This document shows, one piece after another, positions 7,873-17,626 of a stretch of 34,982 nt of DNA. This stretch comes from Tepidimicrobium sp. (lineage in GTDB: Bacteria > Bacillota > Clostridia > Tissierellales > Tepidimicrobiaceae). Every line of letters begins with the position of its first letter. Within the stretch, counting starts at the first letter, position 1. The stretch spans positions 1 through 34,982 of the forward strand of contig DUNJ01000189.1 in assembly GCA_012839395.1 (NCBI GenBank), given 5' to 3'. Below the pieces are notes generated by a model. That model saw only the letters and a list, made by a program, of their open reading frames with translations. It made no database searches and had not been told where the DNA came from. The translations under genes were made by a program, and so were the position numbers.

Positions 7873-8901
7873 CTATACTAAAAGATCCTTCAGTTCCCCT
7901 TTCACCTTATAGGGAACCTTTTTCAATGCATCTAGATCTTTACTTCCCGTCAATAACATCAATATCTTCAGTTTATATATTAAACCCTCTATGTAACTAT
8001 CTGCCGCATCATAACCGTCCTCAATTAATTTCCTTAAAATCATTCCACCTATCCCTACCATATCGGCCCCCAATACCAACGATTTCAATATATCTAAACT
8101 AGTCCTTATTCCACCACTAGATATCAGTTTCAAATCCCTACTAATACTTCTACATTGAATCAGGCTAAGGGCGGTAGGAATACCCCAGCAATAGATATCA
8201 GAAAAATCTATTTTATCATTCCTTTTATCCTCTATCTCTATAAAATTGGTTCCTCCTTTGCCAGATATGTCTATATATCTCACTCCTACTTCATATAACC
8301 TATTAGCTACATCCCCAGATACCCCAAATCCCACCTCTTTTACTATGACCGGCCTGTCTATATGACTAACTATGTTTTCTACATTGTTTAAAATACCTTT
8401 AAACTTCCTATCTCCCTCCCTCATAGTCAACTCCTGTGCCGGATTTAAATGAATCTGAATGCCATCTGCTTCAATCATTTCTATTGCATATTTAACCTCA
8501 TCTATAGAAGCATGGCCGCTTAGATTAGCCAATACAACTCCGTTATCCCCCATGGTATCCCTAACTATTTTAAATGATTTATGACTATCCCCATCCTCCA
8601 AAGCTATGGTTTGGGAACCTACCGCCATGGGAATATTATGCTTTTTCGCTATTTTTGACAATTCTCTATTTATTTCCCGGGAAAAGTTGGTTCCTCCAGT
8701 CATAGCATTTATCATTATGGGGTGTCCTATAGTCTTACCTAAAAAATCGGTACATGTATCTACCTCGCCAAAATCTAGCTCTGGCAATGAACAATGTTCT
8801 ATATATATGTGTTCAAACAAAGTATTGTTCCTGTAAGTTGACTTTAAATAATGTTCTATATGTTCCTTTTTTCTATCCCTTCTTGTATCAGATCGAGTCA
8901 T
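7873..8901 (-). CDS. fni: Type 2 (FMN-dependent) isopentenyl-diphosphate delta-isomerase
   Basis: The 342-aa TIM-barrel protein has an N-terminal RKKEHI motif, INAMTGG, a GIQIHLNPAQE motif and a C-terminal SGGIR...GADMVGIGG FMN-phosphate site. Confidence 0.9.
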   Translation of the reverse strand: MTRSDTRRDRKKEHIEHYLKSTYRNNTLFEHIYIEHCSLPELDFGEVDTCTDFLGKTIGHPIMINAMTGGTNFSREINRELSKIAKKHNIPMAVGSQTIALEDGDSHKSFKIVRDTMGDNGVVLANLSGHASIDEVKYAIEMIEADGIQIHLNPAQELTMREGDRKFKGILNNVENIVSHIDRPVIVKEVGFGVSGDVANRLYEVGVRYIDISGKGGTNFIEIEDKRNDKIDFSDIYCWGIPTALSLIQCRSISRDLKLISSGGIRTSLDILKSLVLGADMVGIGGMILRKLIEDGYDAADSYIEGLIYKLKILMLLTGSKDLDALKKVPYKVKGELKDLLV

Positions 8902-8967
8902 TAGTCTCCAACACCCTTTACTCTTATCTATTTAGCCGTATACATAAAATCCCTACCACGATTCACA

Positions 8968-9576
8968 TCATACTTTGGATACATATGGGTTTCCCTCGAT
9001 ATAATATCTATAGGGAAAATCCCTAGCCTCTTCAGCATAATCTATGCCTATTCTAGTCGTCTCCACAATGGTAAACCTTTCATCAGATCCGCCCTCTAAA
9101 TATAATATATCCCCGCAAAGATCTATACCATCGAAGCTCCTATCTATTTGTAGCGCAATAGATAATTTACCCGGCCCATTGGTTAGGTTTTTCCTTTGAT
9201 TTTTTGTTAGCTCCTCAAAGGGTTTTTGAAATCGGTTTATCGCCATCCAGTCTATGCCCTCTAAAGGCTCTATGCCCCTAATAAGCGCCCCTTCTGGAAC
9301 CCCCTCCTTAACTGTAAGTATATTAAGACAATGATACATCCCATATATTATATATACATAAGCGGTTCCCGGCGGTCCATACATAGTTTCTACCCTCTTT
9401 GTTCTTCTGCCCCCATAGGAATGAGCTGCCTTATCCTTGAGCCCAAGGTAGGCTTCCGTCTCTACAATTTTACCCTTCAATAGTTTCCCACTCATATTGT
9501 GAACCAAGGTCTTTCCCAACAATTCCTTTGCAACCGTTATAGTATCCCTTGAGTAAAAATTCCTATTTAATTTCAT
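8968..9576 (-). CDS. DNA-3-methyladenine glycosylase (Mpg/AAG family)
   Basis: The 202-aa product has FYSRDTITVAKELLGKTLVH, IVETEAYLG..DKAAHSYGGRRT and GPGKL motifs typical of Mpg-type alkyladenine glycosylases. Confidence 0.88.
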   Translation of the reverse strand: MKLNRNFYSRDTITVAKELLGKTLVHNMSGKLLKGKIVETEAYLGLKDKAAHSYGGRRTKRVETMYGPPGTAYVYIIYGMYHCLNILTVKEGVPEGALIRGIEPLEGIDWMAINRFQKPFEELTKNQRKNLTNGPGKLSIALQIDRSFDGIDLCGDILYLEGGSDERFTIVETTRIGIDYAEEARDFPYRYYIEGNPYVSKV

Positions 9577-9663
9577 TCTATCACTCCATTATGGACTTCT
9601 ATATTTAATATATATCCAATATAGTATATCCACAATGGCAGGGAATAAAATTGTAATATATTA

Positions 9664-10665
9664 CTATTTTCTCAACTTATCGATAGCTTCCTTTTTAAGT
9701 TTTGATACCTTTGATAATACGCTATTATCGATCTTATTTCCATTCTCCTCTATTATATCCATATATTTTGCTACTACCTGGGATATGTTCACATTCTCAT
9801 CCAGCATGAGACGTTCATAGCTACCTCTAACATCCTCCCTTATAATCTTCGTTTCATAATCATATATAGGACTATTGGGTAGGCCTGCAAGATAACCATC
9901 TAAATATTCCTCATATAGCTCTAATATCTTATCATATTTCTTGCTTTTTGGATATTTTATCATATAGTTTTCCATATCTATAAGCCTTTGCGATAGCTGA
10001 TCAAATGTTACGATCAGCTCCGCATCCAATGCTATTGGCTCCTTAGATTCCAAAGCCCTTATGCGAATATATTCCCCTATCTCCTCCGTCACATATTCTT
10101 CATAAGCTGCTAATTCTTCATAATCTATTATCGGATAAAAGGCACCTTCCAAATTTATAAGCCTATATTTACCTTCTATAAGCTTTTGTATCAAGTCCTT
10201 CAGATCTCCATTCTTAATCTCATCCACCTTGCTCTCATCAAAAAATAGCTCATCTAGGATCTTAATCCCTTTTGTATCATTCTCTCCCCGTGGGATCTCA
10301 GACAAACTTAGAAGCTCCATCTGATATCCTTCTGTAAATAGTTGATCTACATATCGATCTATATATTTTTCTTGGACTGCTTCCAACTTTAAAAGCATCT
10401 CCGCAGTTTCATCGCCTGTGGCCGTTTTTATGTTTTTATCTATAAATCTTATGAGTATATAAGGTTCATTATCCCCTTTTATTATACTATCATAATAACT
10501 CATAATATCCCCTTCAATATCATGGTCGATCTTTTCCATCTCCTCAGAGGAGTATTCATCATCTGCTACATCTATTGGGCGTTCCCCCTGTAAATCACAC
10601 CCCACAGAATAAAAGCCTATTATTATCGTCAACAGTAGTGCAAAACCTATAATCTTTTTAGCCAT
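9664..10665 (-). CDS. Acidic lipoprotein of unknown function
   Basis: A signal peptide is followed by the lipobox-like sequence FYSVG|C. The mature protein is rich in D/E/Y. A strong GGAGGAGGG RBS is present. Confidence 0.7.
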   Translation of the reverse strand: MAKKIIGFALLLTIIIGFYSVGCDLQGERPIDVADDEYSSEEMEKIDHDIEGDIMSYYDSIIKGDNEPYILIRFIDKNIKTATGDETAEMLLKLEAVQEKYIDRYVDQLFTEGYQMELLSLSEIPRGENDTKGIKILDELFFDESKVDEIKNGDLKDLIQKLIEGKYRLINLEGAFYPIIDYEELAAYEEYVTEEIGEYIRIRALESKEPIALDAELIVTFDQLSQRLIDMENYMIKYPKSKKYDKILELYEEYLDGYLAGLPNSPIYDYETKIIREDVRGSYERLMLDENVNISQVVAKYMDIIEENGNKIDNSVLSKVSKLKKEAIDKLRK

Positions 10666-10785
10666 ATCAATACCCTCCTCCTGTGGATCTTATCACATAG
10701 CATGAATTATATAATATAATATAGCCGCAATTCGTAGAAAAATCGTTACAAAGAAGTTACACGGATAATATATTCTAATCGGTAT

Positions 10786-10824
10786 AAAACAAGCCTTCAA
10801 ATATTCATTTGAAGGCTTGTTTTA
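10786..10824. terminator. Intrinsic terminator after the MCP gene
   Basis: A perfect 13-bp stem, ACAAGCCTTCAAA-(6 nt)-TTTGAAGGCTTGT, is flanked by an A run and a T run. Confidence 0.8.
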
Positions 10825-10844
10825 TACCATTATGAATTTTTTAC

Positions 10845-12971
10845 CTATTCTACTTTCGATTCTAAACTAAAGCTGTCCACCGCTTTTTCTAAATCGTTTG
10901 CCATCTTACTCAACTGTTGGGTCATATTTGCTATCTCCTCCATAGTTGCTAGCTGCTCCTCCATAGCTGCTGTAACTTCCTCCGTAGAAGCGGAGGATTC
11001 CTGAGCAATGGATGTAATAGATTTGATGGATAATACCACCTCATCCTTTTGAACCCCTACGCTATCTATACTCAGCGTTAGTTTGTTTATCTGCTCTAGT
11101 GTATTTGCTACAGCTTCCTGTATGGTGTCAAAGGATCCCAATGTTTCCTCTACCACATGATTGGATCTCTCCAGGGTATCGTTGGCCCTATCCATTTCCT
11201 CCCTAGTTATATCTATTTCATCGCTTATTTCCTCTATTATATTTTCCACGACACCGGTCGCCTCATGGGTTTCCTCTGCTAGTTTTCTGATCTCATCTGC
11301 CACTACTCCAAATCCCCTACCTGCATCCCCTGCTCTTGCAGCCTCAATAGCTGCATTCAATGCAAGTAGATTGGTCTGCTCAGCTATCGAATTTACAGTA
11401 TTAACAATATCTTTTATGGAATTGGATTTTTCCGATAGAGATAGTATTTTGGTAGATATCTCCGACATAACCATATTGTTATCGGATATAATATTTTTTA
11501 ACTCGGTTAAAATCTCTACATTTTCCTTGTTAACTCTGGAAGTTTTTTCGGCATATTCCTCCAGCAGCTTAGAGCCATCCAGTGCTTCTTCAAATTTATC
11601 GGCTAGTTGATTCATCTTTTCAAATCCTTCGCTAGATTCCCTAGCCTGCTCATAGGCACCATTGGACAACTCCTCCATCACCCTGGTTACCTCATCTATC
11701 GAGCTGGTACTTTCAGTAGTACTGGTAAATAGATCCTTTGAAAAATCTAAAAGATAAGCTGATTGTTCGGTAATGCCCTTAATTATGGAATACAAATTTT
11801 CCCTCATCCGATTGATGTTTTCAGCCATATATCCCAATTCAGTCTTATTCTGCTTCAATGTCTCATAGTCTGGGTCCTCTGTTAAATCCAGGGCCGAAAT
11901 CCTTCCTACAAGAGAGTCCAGTGCCAATATGGGATTTGTAATTTGACGTCTCATACTTACAGCCAATGCAAAGAGAGATGATAATAAGATAATTCCACCT
12001 ATAATCAATCCTTGCATCCTCATATTGTTAATTGCCTGATTTACATCATCTAAGGATAGTGCAATGCAAAATATTCCATCCACTTTTTGGGCAGTTCCTG
12101 TAGTTTCCACATCTTCTCCATTTCCAAGTCCCCCTATAGTTCCACTGTATGGAATATACACATTATAAGTTTCCTTGCCCAATTCTTCATCTCGCGTGAT
12201 TTCTCTATATATCTCCCGATTAGCCAATTGTTCCTTAATCTCATCATCAAGAATAACCTCTGCCCCTTCCCCCCTACTATCATATCTAATATTAAATTCT
12301 TCATCCATATATACTACATGATCTATAGAATCCCTATTAACTATCTCGTCTATAACCCTCTCTAACCTTAAATTCCTTTTCATTTCCATAATCTCTTCGG
12401 CCCTTAATCCTACTTGAACTACTCCAAAATCCGATTTGATTTCCCCATATTTATAATAAAAATCATCATGTATGCTTTGCCGTATATTTTCGATCACCTT
12501 ATCGGTTTCGCCAGCTAATATCCTCATAACTGGGTGTTCTTCATCATATGTATCATTTCTATTTCCCTTTAAATTTGAATATACTATTATTCCATCTTTA
12601 TCTACAATATTTATTTCCGCTACCCCAGTTTCCTTCGAAAGCTGTTCCAACTCCTCATTTGAATAGCTTTCCTTATACCTAAGAAAATGTGCTAAATTCT
12701 CTATATATTGATCCAATATGGAGTCTACATCTTCTTCTATCTTCTCCATGGTCATGAGCTCATTTATTAGTGTATCGGAAATCCTGTCTGCACTTTCATC
12801 CAACTGTTCATACAAGGCTATTCGCCCGTTATTTATGGAAAAATACGTAGTGCATAGCATCGATATACTTAAGAATACCACTAATATTATTAATATATTG
12901 GTATTTATAGATCTACCTTTAAACTCATCAGATGATTTTTCATTCCCCATTTCCCCTTTATACTTGGACAT
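10845..12971 (-). CDS. Methyl-accepting chemotaxis protein with a large extracytoplasmic sensor domain
   Basis: Two TM segments bracket a sensor region of about 290 aa, followed by a HAMP-like linker. The highly conserved signalling hairpin [38 protein letters not shown] is present. Confidence 0.92.
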   Translation of the reverse strand: MSKYKGEMGNEKSSDEFKGRSINTNILIILVVFLSISMLCTTYFSINNGRIALYEQLDESADRISDTLINELMTMEKIEEDVDSILDQYIENLAHFLRYKESYSNEELEQLSKETGVAEINIVDKDGIIVYSNLKGNRNDTYDEEHPVMRILAGETDKVIENIRQSIHDDFYYKYGEIKSDFGVVQVGLRAEEIMEMKRNLRLERVIDEIVNRDSIDHVVYMDEEFNIRYDSRGEGAEVILDDEIKEQLANREIYREITRDEELGKETYNVYIPYSGTIGGLGNGEDVETTGTAQKVDGIFCIALSLDDVNQAINNMRMQGLIIGGIILLSSLFALAVSMRRQITNPILALDSLVGRISALDLTEDPDYETLKQNKTELGYMAENINRMRENLYSIIKGITEQSAYLLDFSKDLFTSTTESTSSIDEVTRVMEELSNGAYEQARESSEGFEKMNQLADKFEEALDGSKLLEEYAEKTSRVNKENVEILTELKNIISDNNMVMSEISTKILSLSEKSNSIKDIVNTVNSIAEQTNLLALNAAIEAARAGDAGRGFGVVADEIRKLAEETHEATGVVENIIEEISDEIDITREEMDRANDTLERSNHVVEETLGSFDTIQEAVANTLEQINKLTLSIDSVGVQKDEVVLSIKSITSIAQESSASTEEVTAAMEEQLATMEEIANMTQQLSKMANDLEKAVDSFSLESKVE

Positions 12972-13028
12972 AAAATCCCTCCCCCTCTAACACAGAATAG
13001 CATAGAGATTTTAATTCCTTATAGCCAC

Positions 13029-13577
13029 CTATTTGATCAACTTACTTAAAGCCCTAAACTCAGGTGTACCAGCCCTTTTCAATAGATCAAAAAGCACGGT
13101 TTCCGTATTGGTAATTACAGCTCCCATATCTCCCATCAAATCTAATCCATTCCTATGATTTTCCTCAAATCTTGAAGATACAGCATCGCATACCACAAAT
13201 ACATCATAATTTAATTTCAATAATTCCCTTACACTTTGAAGTACACAGACATGGGTCTCCATTCCCACCACTATAATCTTTTCCCTTTTCTCCTCCCCCA
13301 AGGCCCGAACAACCTCATCAGTACAGGCTGAAAATAGAACCTTTTCAAAGACCTGTGCTTCCTTTAAACCATTGCTAATCTCAGCTACTGTAGGCCCTAG
13401 GCCTTTAGGATATTGTTCTGTAACCAGTATAGGCATGTCCATTTCATTGGCTGTATGAATTAAAGTGTTAACGTTTTCAACAACTCTGTCTTCATACTTC
13501 ATAGCAGGGGCCAATCTCTCCTGAACATCAATTATAAACAAAAGGGATTCATTCCTGTGCAAAGTGTACTTGTCCAT
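13029..13577 (-). CDS. Isochorismatase-family cysteine hydrolase
   Basis: The 182-aa product has LLFIIDVQ (catalytic Asp region), VVGMETHVCVLQS (catalytic Cys) and an AAGGAGGG RBS. Confidence 0.85.
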   Translation of the reverse strand: MDKYTLHRNESLLFIIDVQERLAPAMKYEDRVVENVNTLIHTANEMDMPILVTEQYPKGLGPTVAEISNGLKEAQVFEKVLFSACTDEVVRALGEEKREKIIVVGMETHVCVLQSVRELLKLNYDVFVVCDAVSSRFEENHRNGLDLMGDMGAVITNTETVLFDLLKRAGTPEFRALSKLIK

Positions 13578-13633
13578 ACTAACCCTCCTTTATGAATAAT
13601 TCTATCGCTTTTAATTATATCCTATTCGGGTAA

Positions 13634-13667
13634 ATTTAGAAAGCCTGGTTGCCCAGGCCTTCTAAAT
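13634..13667 (-). terminator. Hairpin downstream of the 4x LysM gene (possible terminator)
   Basis: A 15-bp stem with one mismatch, ATTTAGAAAGCCTGG / CCAGGCCTTCTAAAT, is present. The U-tract on the minus strand is poor. Confidence 0.45.
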
Positions 13668-13688
13668 CTAAAGTCCCATTTCCATATA

Positions 13689-14447
13689 CTAAAAGCAAAA
13701 TACAACGCATTTCCTAGGAATGCATATTACCTGCCCCACCTGCAGATTGTATGGATCTACCCCTTGATTAGCATTCATAATCGCCTGTACACTAACATTA
13801 AAATGTTGTCCAATTGTATATAGGGTATCCCCTTGTTTCACTGTATAGTAGAATCCATTGGGACACGGTGGTAACTGTGGCATTGGTGGCATTGGCGGCG
13901 CCGCTTGCGGTATACATATTACCTGGCCTATCTGTAGGTTATTTGGATCTACCCCTGGATTAGCTCTCATTATTGCATCCACACTTACGCCAAATTGTTG
14001 ACCTAGCTTATAGAAGGTATCCCCAGATTTCACCGTATAAAGAAAGCCGTTAGGACATGATGGTATTGGTGGCATTGGCGGTGCCACTTGCGGTATACAT
14101 ATTACTTGGCCTATCTGTAGGTTATTTGGATCTACCCCTGGATTAGCTTTCATTATTGCATCCACACTTACGCCAAATTGTTGACCTAGCTTATACAAGG
14201 TATCCCCAGATTTCACCGTATAAAGAAAGCCGTTAGGACATGGTGGCGTTGGGGTAACAGGACCGGGTATGCATATTACTTGGCCTATTTGAAGATTATC
14301 AGGCTTTATACAAGGATTTATTTTCATAATTGCCTCTACGGTCGTATTGTATCTACGGGCCAGTAGATACAATGTATCCCCAGATTTGATTGTATAAGGA
14401 AAGCTTCCACTAGGACATCTCCTTTTAACATCCTTTTTCTCCGTCAT
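13689..14447 (-). CDS. Protein made of four LysM modules, with no signal peptide (probable spore coat/cortex-associated protein)
   Basis: It contains four repeats of C-P-x-G-x-x-Y-T-[IV]-K-x-G-D-T-...-NL-Q-[IV]-G-Q-V-I-C-I-P joined by Pro-rich linkers. The ATG at 14447 has an AAAGGTGAT RBS. There is no N-terminal hydrophobic segment. Confidence 0.85.
   Translation of the reverse strand: MTEKKDVKRRCPSGSFPYTIKSGDTLYLLARRYNTTVEAIMKINPCIKPDNLQIGQVICIPGPVTPTPPCPNGFLYTVKSGDTLYKLGQQFGVSVDAIMKANPGVDPNNLQIGQVICIPQVAPPMPPIPSCPNGFLYTVKSGDTFYKLGQQFGVSVDAIMRANPGVDPNNLQIGQVICIPQAAPPMPPMPQLPPCPNGFYYTVKQGDTLYTIGQHFNVSVQAIMNANQGVDPYNLQVGQVICIPRKCVVFCF
13878..14243 (-). repeat. Intragenic tandem duplication, 2 x 183 bp (one LysM module plus linker)
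   Basis: Hand alignment of copy 13878-14060 against copy 14061-14243 gives 7 mismatches in 183 nt (about 96 percent identity). Confidence 0.85.
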
Positions 14448-14483
14448 AGAAATCACCTTTCTTTCATATATTTATCTGCACTA

Positions 14484-14512
14484 TATACTATGCAGGAAAG
14501 ATAAATGTGTTC
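14484..14512 (-). promoter_or_regulatory. Mother-cell sigma (sigmaK/sigmaE-like) promoter of the 4x LysM gene
   Basis: The minus strand reads AC-N16-CATAGTATA, which matches the sigmaK pattern AC-16/17-CATAnnnTA. The block GCATAGnATATAGTGCAG is conserved upstream of the paralog. Confidence 0.45.
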
Positions 14513-14548
14513 AAATATAAAAGAGGAGCAAAACAGCTCCTCTTTTAT
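14513..14548 (-). terminator. Intrinsic terminator after the 3x LysM gene
   Basis: The minus strand reads AAAAGAGGAGC-TGTTTT-GCTCCTCTT followed by TTATATTT. Confidence 0.8.
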
Positions 14549-14553
14549 TCGCA

Positions 14554-15096
14554 CTAATGAACCGGTATGCATATTATTTGCCCTATTTGAAGCCTGTTTG
14601 GATCCACCCCCGGATTAGCCCTCATTATCGCATCTACGCTTACATTATATCGTTGACTCAATATATAGAAAGTATCTCCAGCCCTTACTTGATAATGAAA
14701 TCCATTATGACATGGAGGGGTAGGGGTTGTATGCGTAGGTATACATATAACCTGACCTATCTGAAGCCTATTTGGATCCACTCCTGGATTAGCTCTCATT
14801 ATTGCATCTACGCTTACGCCAAACTGCTGACCTAACTTATAGAAGGTATCCCCCGCTTTTATTGTATAATAAAATCCATTTGAACAAGGGGGTCTTGTAG
14901 GCGGCATAGCTGAAGGTATACATATAACTTGACCTATCCGAAGCCTATGGGGATCAATTCCTGGATTTATCGCCATAATAGCCTCTACCGTCGTATTATA
15001 TCTATTGGCCAATAGATATAGAGTATCCCCATATCGAATAGTATGGGCAAAGCTTCCAGCCGGACATCTTTGCTTTATATTATAATCTTGATTCAT
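14554..15096 (-). CDS. Protein made of three LysM modules, with no signal peptide (paralog of 13689..14447)
   Basis: Three Cys-bracketed LysM modules are present. The ATG at 15096 has the same AAAGGTGAT RBS as the paralog. The track start at 15132 is a GTG without an RBS. Confidence 0.85.
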   Translation of the reverse strand: MNQDYNIKQRCPAGSFAHTIRYGDTLYLLANRYNTTVEAIMAINPGIDPHRLRIGQVICIPSAMPPTRPPCSNGFYYTIKAGDTFYKLGQQFGVSVDAIMRANPGVDPNRLQIGQVICIPTHTTPTPPCHNGFHYQVRAGDTFYILSQRYNVSVDAIMRANPGVDPNRLQIGQIICIPVH

Positions 15097-15134
15097 AATA
15101 ATCACCTTTCCCTTTCTGTTATCTACCTGCACTA

Positions 15135-15163
15135 TATTCTATGCATAAAGGGTGGTAGGTGTT
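15135..15163 (-). promoter_or_regulatory. Mother-cell sigma (sigmaK/sigmaE-like) promoter of the 3x LysM gene
   Basis: The minus strand reads AC-N17-CATAGAATA followed by TAGTGCAG. This is the same architecture as the promoter at 14484-14512. Confidence 0.45.
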
Positions 15164-15179
15164 AAAGGTCTAGTATTTA

Positions 15180-16073
15180 TCAATACGATATATCTTCTGG
15201 ATATTTTTCCTTCAATAGCTTAATAAAGTTCCTCGATGCTTGGGATAAATATCGATCCCTTAACCATATCAAACCTGAGCAAGTAGTAAATTCTTTATCA
15301 TCAATCCTATATGCATTCATATCGTATCTATCATAGGTTTTTATTATGATCTCCGGAATAATGGTACCACCGAAACCTGATGAGACCAATTCCAATAGGG
15401 TTAATATGTCTGAACACTCACAAATCACATTGGCTTGATATCCCTCATTTGAAAATCGTTCTATTATCATATTATAGAGACCTAACCCTTCTGTACTAGG
15501 TATTATAAGCGGGTATTTTTGAATCTGCTCATAGGATATCCTATTAGAAGGGATATTCAAATCTTCGGCTATTACAAAATAAAAGGGTTCCGGCCTAAAA
15601 TATAAGATGGATAATCCCTTTAGCTCTACTGGCAATCGGACAATGGCCAACTCTATAGACCTATCCTTAAGTAATTTACAAAGTTGGCCTGATTCATTTT
15701 GTTGAACCTTATAGGATATATCAGGATATTTACTTTGGAAAGCCCTGAGTAAACTAGGCATTCTATGATATGAAAGCGTATTTACGCCGATTTCTAGTTT
15801 GCCTCTCATGCCCTTGCCTATTTCCCTAATCTCCATGTTGGATTCCTCTACTAGTCCGACTATCTTTAAAGCATTTCTATAAAGTGCTTTCCCCGCCTCA
15901 GTTAATTCTAAGCTCTTGCCTCTCCTGGTTACCAGTTTTACTCCTAATTTATCTTCCATTCCCCTTAATTGTTGACTCAAAGGTGGTTGAGTCATATGTA
16001 ACCTCCTTGCAGCTGCAGTAATTTGCCCTTCCTCTGCAATAGCAATAAAGTATTTCAATTGTCTTATATTCAT
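15180..16073 (-). CDS. LysR-family transcriptional regulator
   Basis: The start is set at MNIRQLKYFIAIAEEGQITAAARRLHMTQPPLSQQL, the typical LTTR HTH, with an AGGAGG RBS. A C-terminal substrate-binding fold is present. The gene is divergent from a MATE gene. Confidence 0.9.
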   Translation of the reverse strand: MNIRQLKYFIAIAEEGQITAAARRLHMTQPPLSQQLRGMEDKLGVKLVTRRGKSLELTEAGKALYRNALKIVGLVEESNMEIREIGKGMRGKLEIGVNTLSYHRMPSLLRAFQSKYPDISYKVQQNESGQLCKLLKDRSIELAIVRLPVELKGLSILYFRPEPFYFVIAEDLNIPSNRISYEQIQKYPLIIPSTEGLGLYNMIIERFSNEGYQANVICECSDILTLLELVSSGFGGTIIPEIIIKTYDRYDMNAYRIDDKEFTTCSGLIWLRDRYLSQASRNFIKLLKEKYPEDISY

Positions 16074-16133
16074 ACCCCCAAATCCTCCTATATGAAAAAC
16101 ATATACATTTCCAATGTAATTAATATTATACAT

Positions 16134-16164
16134 ATCCTATCATATATGGTACCATAAATAGGAT
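16134..16164. promoter_or_regulatory. Dyad-symmetry element in the LysR/MATE divergent intergenic region (candidate LTTR box)
   Basis: The arms ATCCTAT ... ATAGGAT enclose the perfect 12-bp palindrome TATGGTACCATA (16145-16156). Confidence 0.3.
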
Positions 16165-16220
16165 TTAATGTGGAAGCAATAATAAAGCATATTATTTCAT
16201 CGTAAAGGAGAATATTTAAT

Positions 16221-17582
16221 ATGGTAGTTGATATGAAAACTGGCAATCCCACTAAACTAATGCTAAGATTTGCTTTTCCAATGCTTATGGGAAATATTTT
16301 TCAACAATTATACAATATGGTAGATTCCATAGTTGTGGGTAGATTTATTGGTAAGGATGCATTGGCAGCTGTAGGTAGCTCTTTCTCCCTTATGAATTTT
16401 ATTACCCTGGTCATAATTGGCCTTTGTATAGGAAGCTCTATAGTGATCTCCCTATACTTTGGTGCGGAAGACTATGATAATTTGAAACGAACGATTTCAA
16501 CATCCTTTATTTTCATGTTACTACTTACCATCTTTATATCCGCTATAACCCTTATATTTGCTGAAAAACTTTTAATCCTAATTCAAACTCCGGATGAAAT
16601 ATTAGCAGATTCCACCACCTATCTGCGCATCATATTTGGTGGATTGATATTTATATTTTTATACAATGGCTCAGCTGCTCTTTTAAGGGCTTTAGGCGAC
16701 TCTAAAACCCCTCTTTATTTTTTAATCTTGGCTTCTATTATAAATATAGTGCTCGATCTTCTATTTGTTATAAAATTCAATATGGGAGTTCCCGGAGTTG
16801 CATATGCTACCGTTATTGCTCAAGCCACGTCCTCTATACTATGCATCATATATACATTTATCAAAATACCCATGCTCAAAATGTCTAAAGAAGAATTTAT
16901 TTTTGATAAAAAACTATTTCCAACTATAATGAAATATAGCCTGCTATCATGTATGCAACAATCTATCATGTCTTTTGGAATGGTGATGGTTCAAGGTATT
17001 GTTAATACCTTTGGTGCCGATGTCATAGCAGCATATACGGCAGCAGTTAAAGTGGATTCCCTTGCCTATCTGCCCGTCCAAGACTTTGGCAATGCTTTTT
17101 CTACTTATGTGGCCCAAAATGTGGGCGCTAAAAGGATTGATAGGGTGAAAACGGGATTTAAAGCTGCTGTAAGGATAATCATAGTATTCTGTACAATTTC
17201 ATCCATTATAATTATTTCTCTATCAGGTTTCTTTATGAAAATATTCGTTGATCCCACAGAAACAATGGTAATCCAAACTGGAATAGACTATCTATCCGTG
17301 GTAGGAATGTTTTACGTATTGATTGGTTTTCTATTTATGTTCTATGGCTTTTATAGAGGCGTTGGTAGCCTTCATATGTCAGTCATACTTACCATAATAT
17401 CCTTAGGTACTCGCGTTCTACTAGCATATATATTATCCTCAATCCCGTCCATTGGGGCAAAGGGAATCTGGTGGTCCATTCCTATTGGGTGGATTCTAGC
17501 AGATATAACCGGTTTTGTTGTCTATGGAGGGGGAAAATGGCAACAGAATATTGGAAATATAAGATATAAGCAGGGAGACTAA
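16221..17582 (+). CDS. MATE family efflux transporter
   Basis: The 453-aa product has 12 predicted TM helices and the N-terminal MATE motif PMLMGNIFQQLYNMVDSIVVGRFIG. Confidence 0.9.
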   Translation: MVVDMKTGNPTKLMLRFAFPMLMGNIFQQLYNMVDSIVVGRFIGKDALAAVGSSFSLMNFITLVIIGLCIGSSIVISLYFGAEDYDNLKRTISTSFIFMLLLTIFISAITLIFAEKLLILIQTPDEILADSTTYLRIIFGGLIFIFLYNGSAALLRALGDSKTPLYFLILASIINIVLDLLFVIKFNMGVPGVAYATVIAQATSSILCIIYTFIKIPMLKMSKEEFIFDKKLFPTIMKYSLLSCMQQSIMSFGMVMVQGIVNTFGADVIAAYTAAVKVDSLAYLPVQDFGNAFSTYVAQNVGAKRIDRVKTGFKAAVRIIIVFCTISSIIIISLSGFFMKIFVDPTETMVIQTGIDYLSVVGMFYVLIGFLFMFYGFYRGVGSLHMSVILTIISLGTRVLLAYILSSIPSIGAKGIWWSIPIGWILADITGFVVYGGGKWQQNIGNIRYKQGD

Positions 17583-17626
17583 ATTTAATTCGGTTTTCCT
17601 GCTTATAAGAATAAATGGATATCAAT

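Noticed and set aside
17567-17603. AAGCAGG ... CCTGCTT 7-bp inverted repeat after the first MATE gene
   Set aside because: The loop is about 23 nt, the stem is short and there is no clear U-tract. It is not a convincing terminator.
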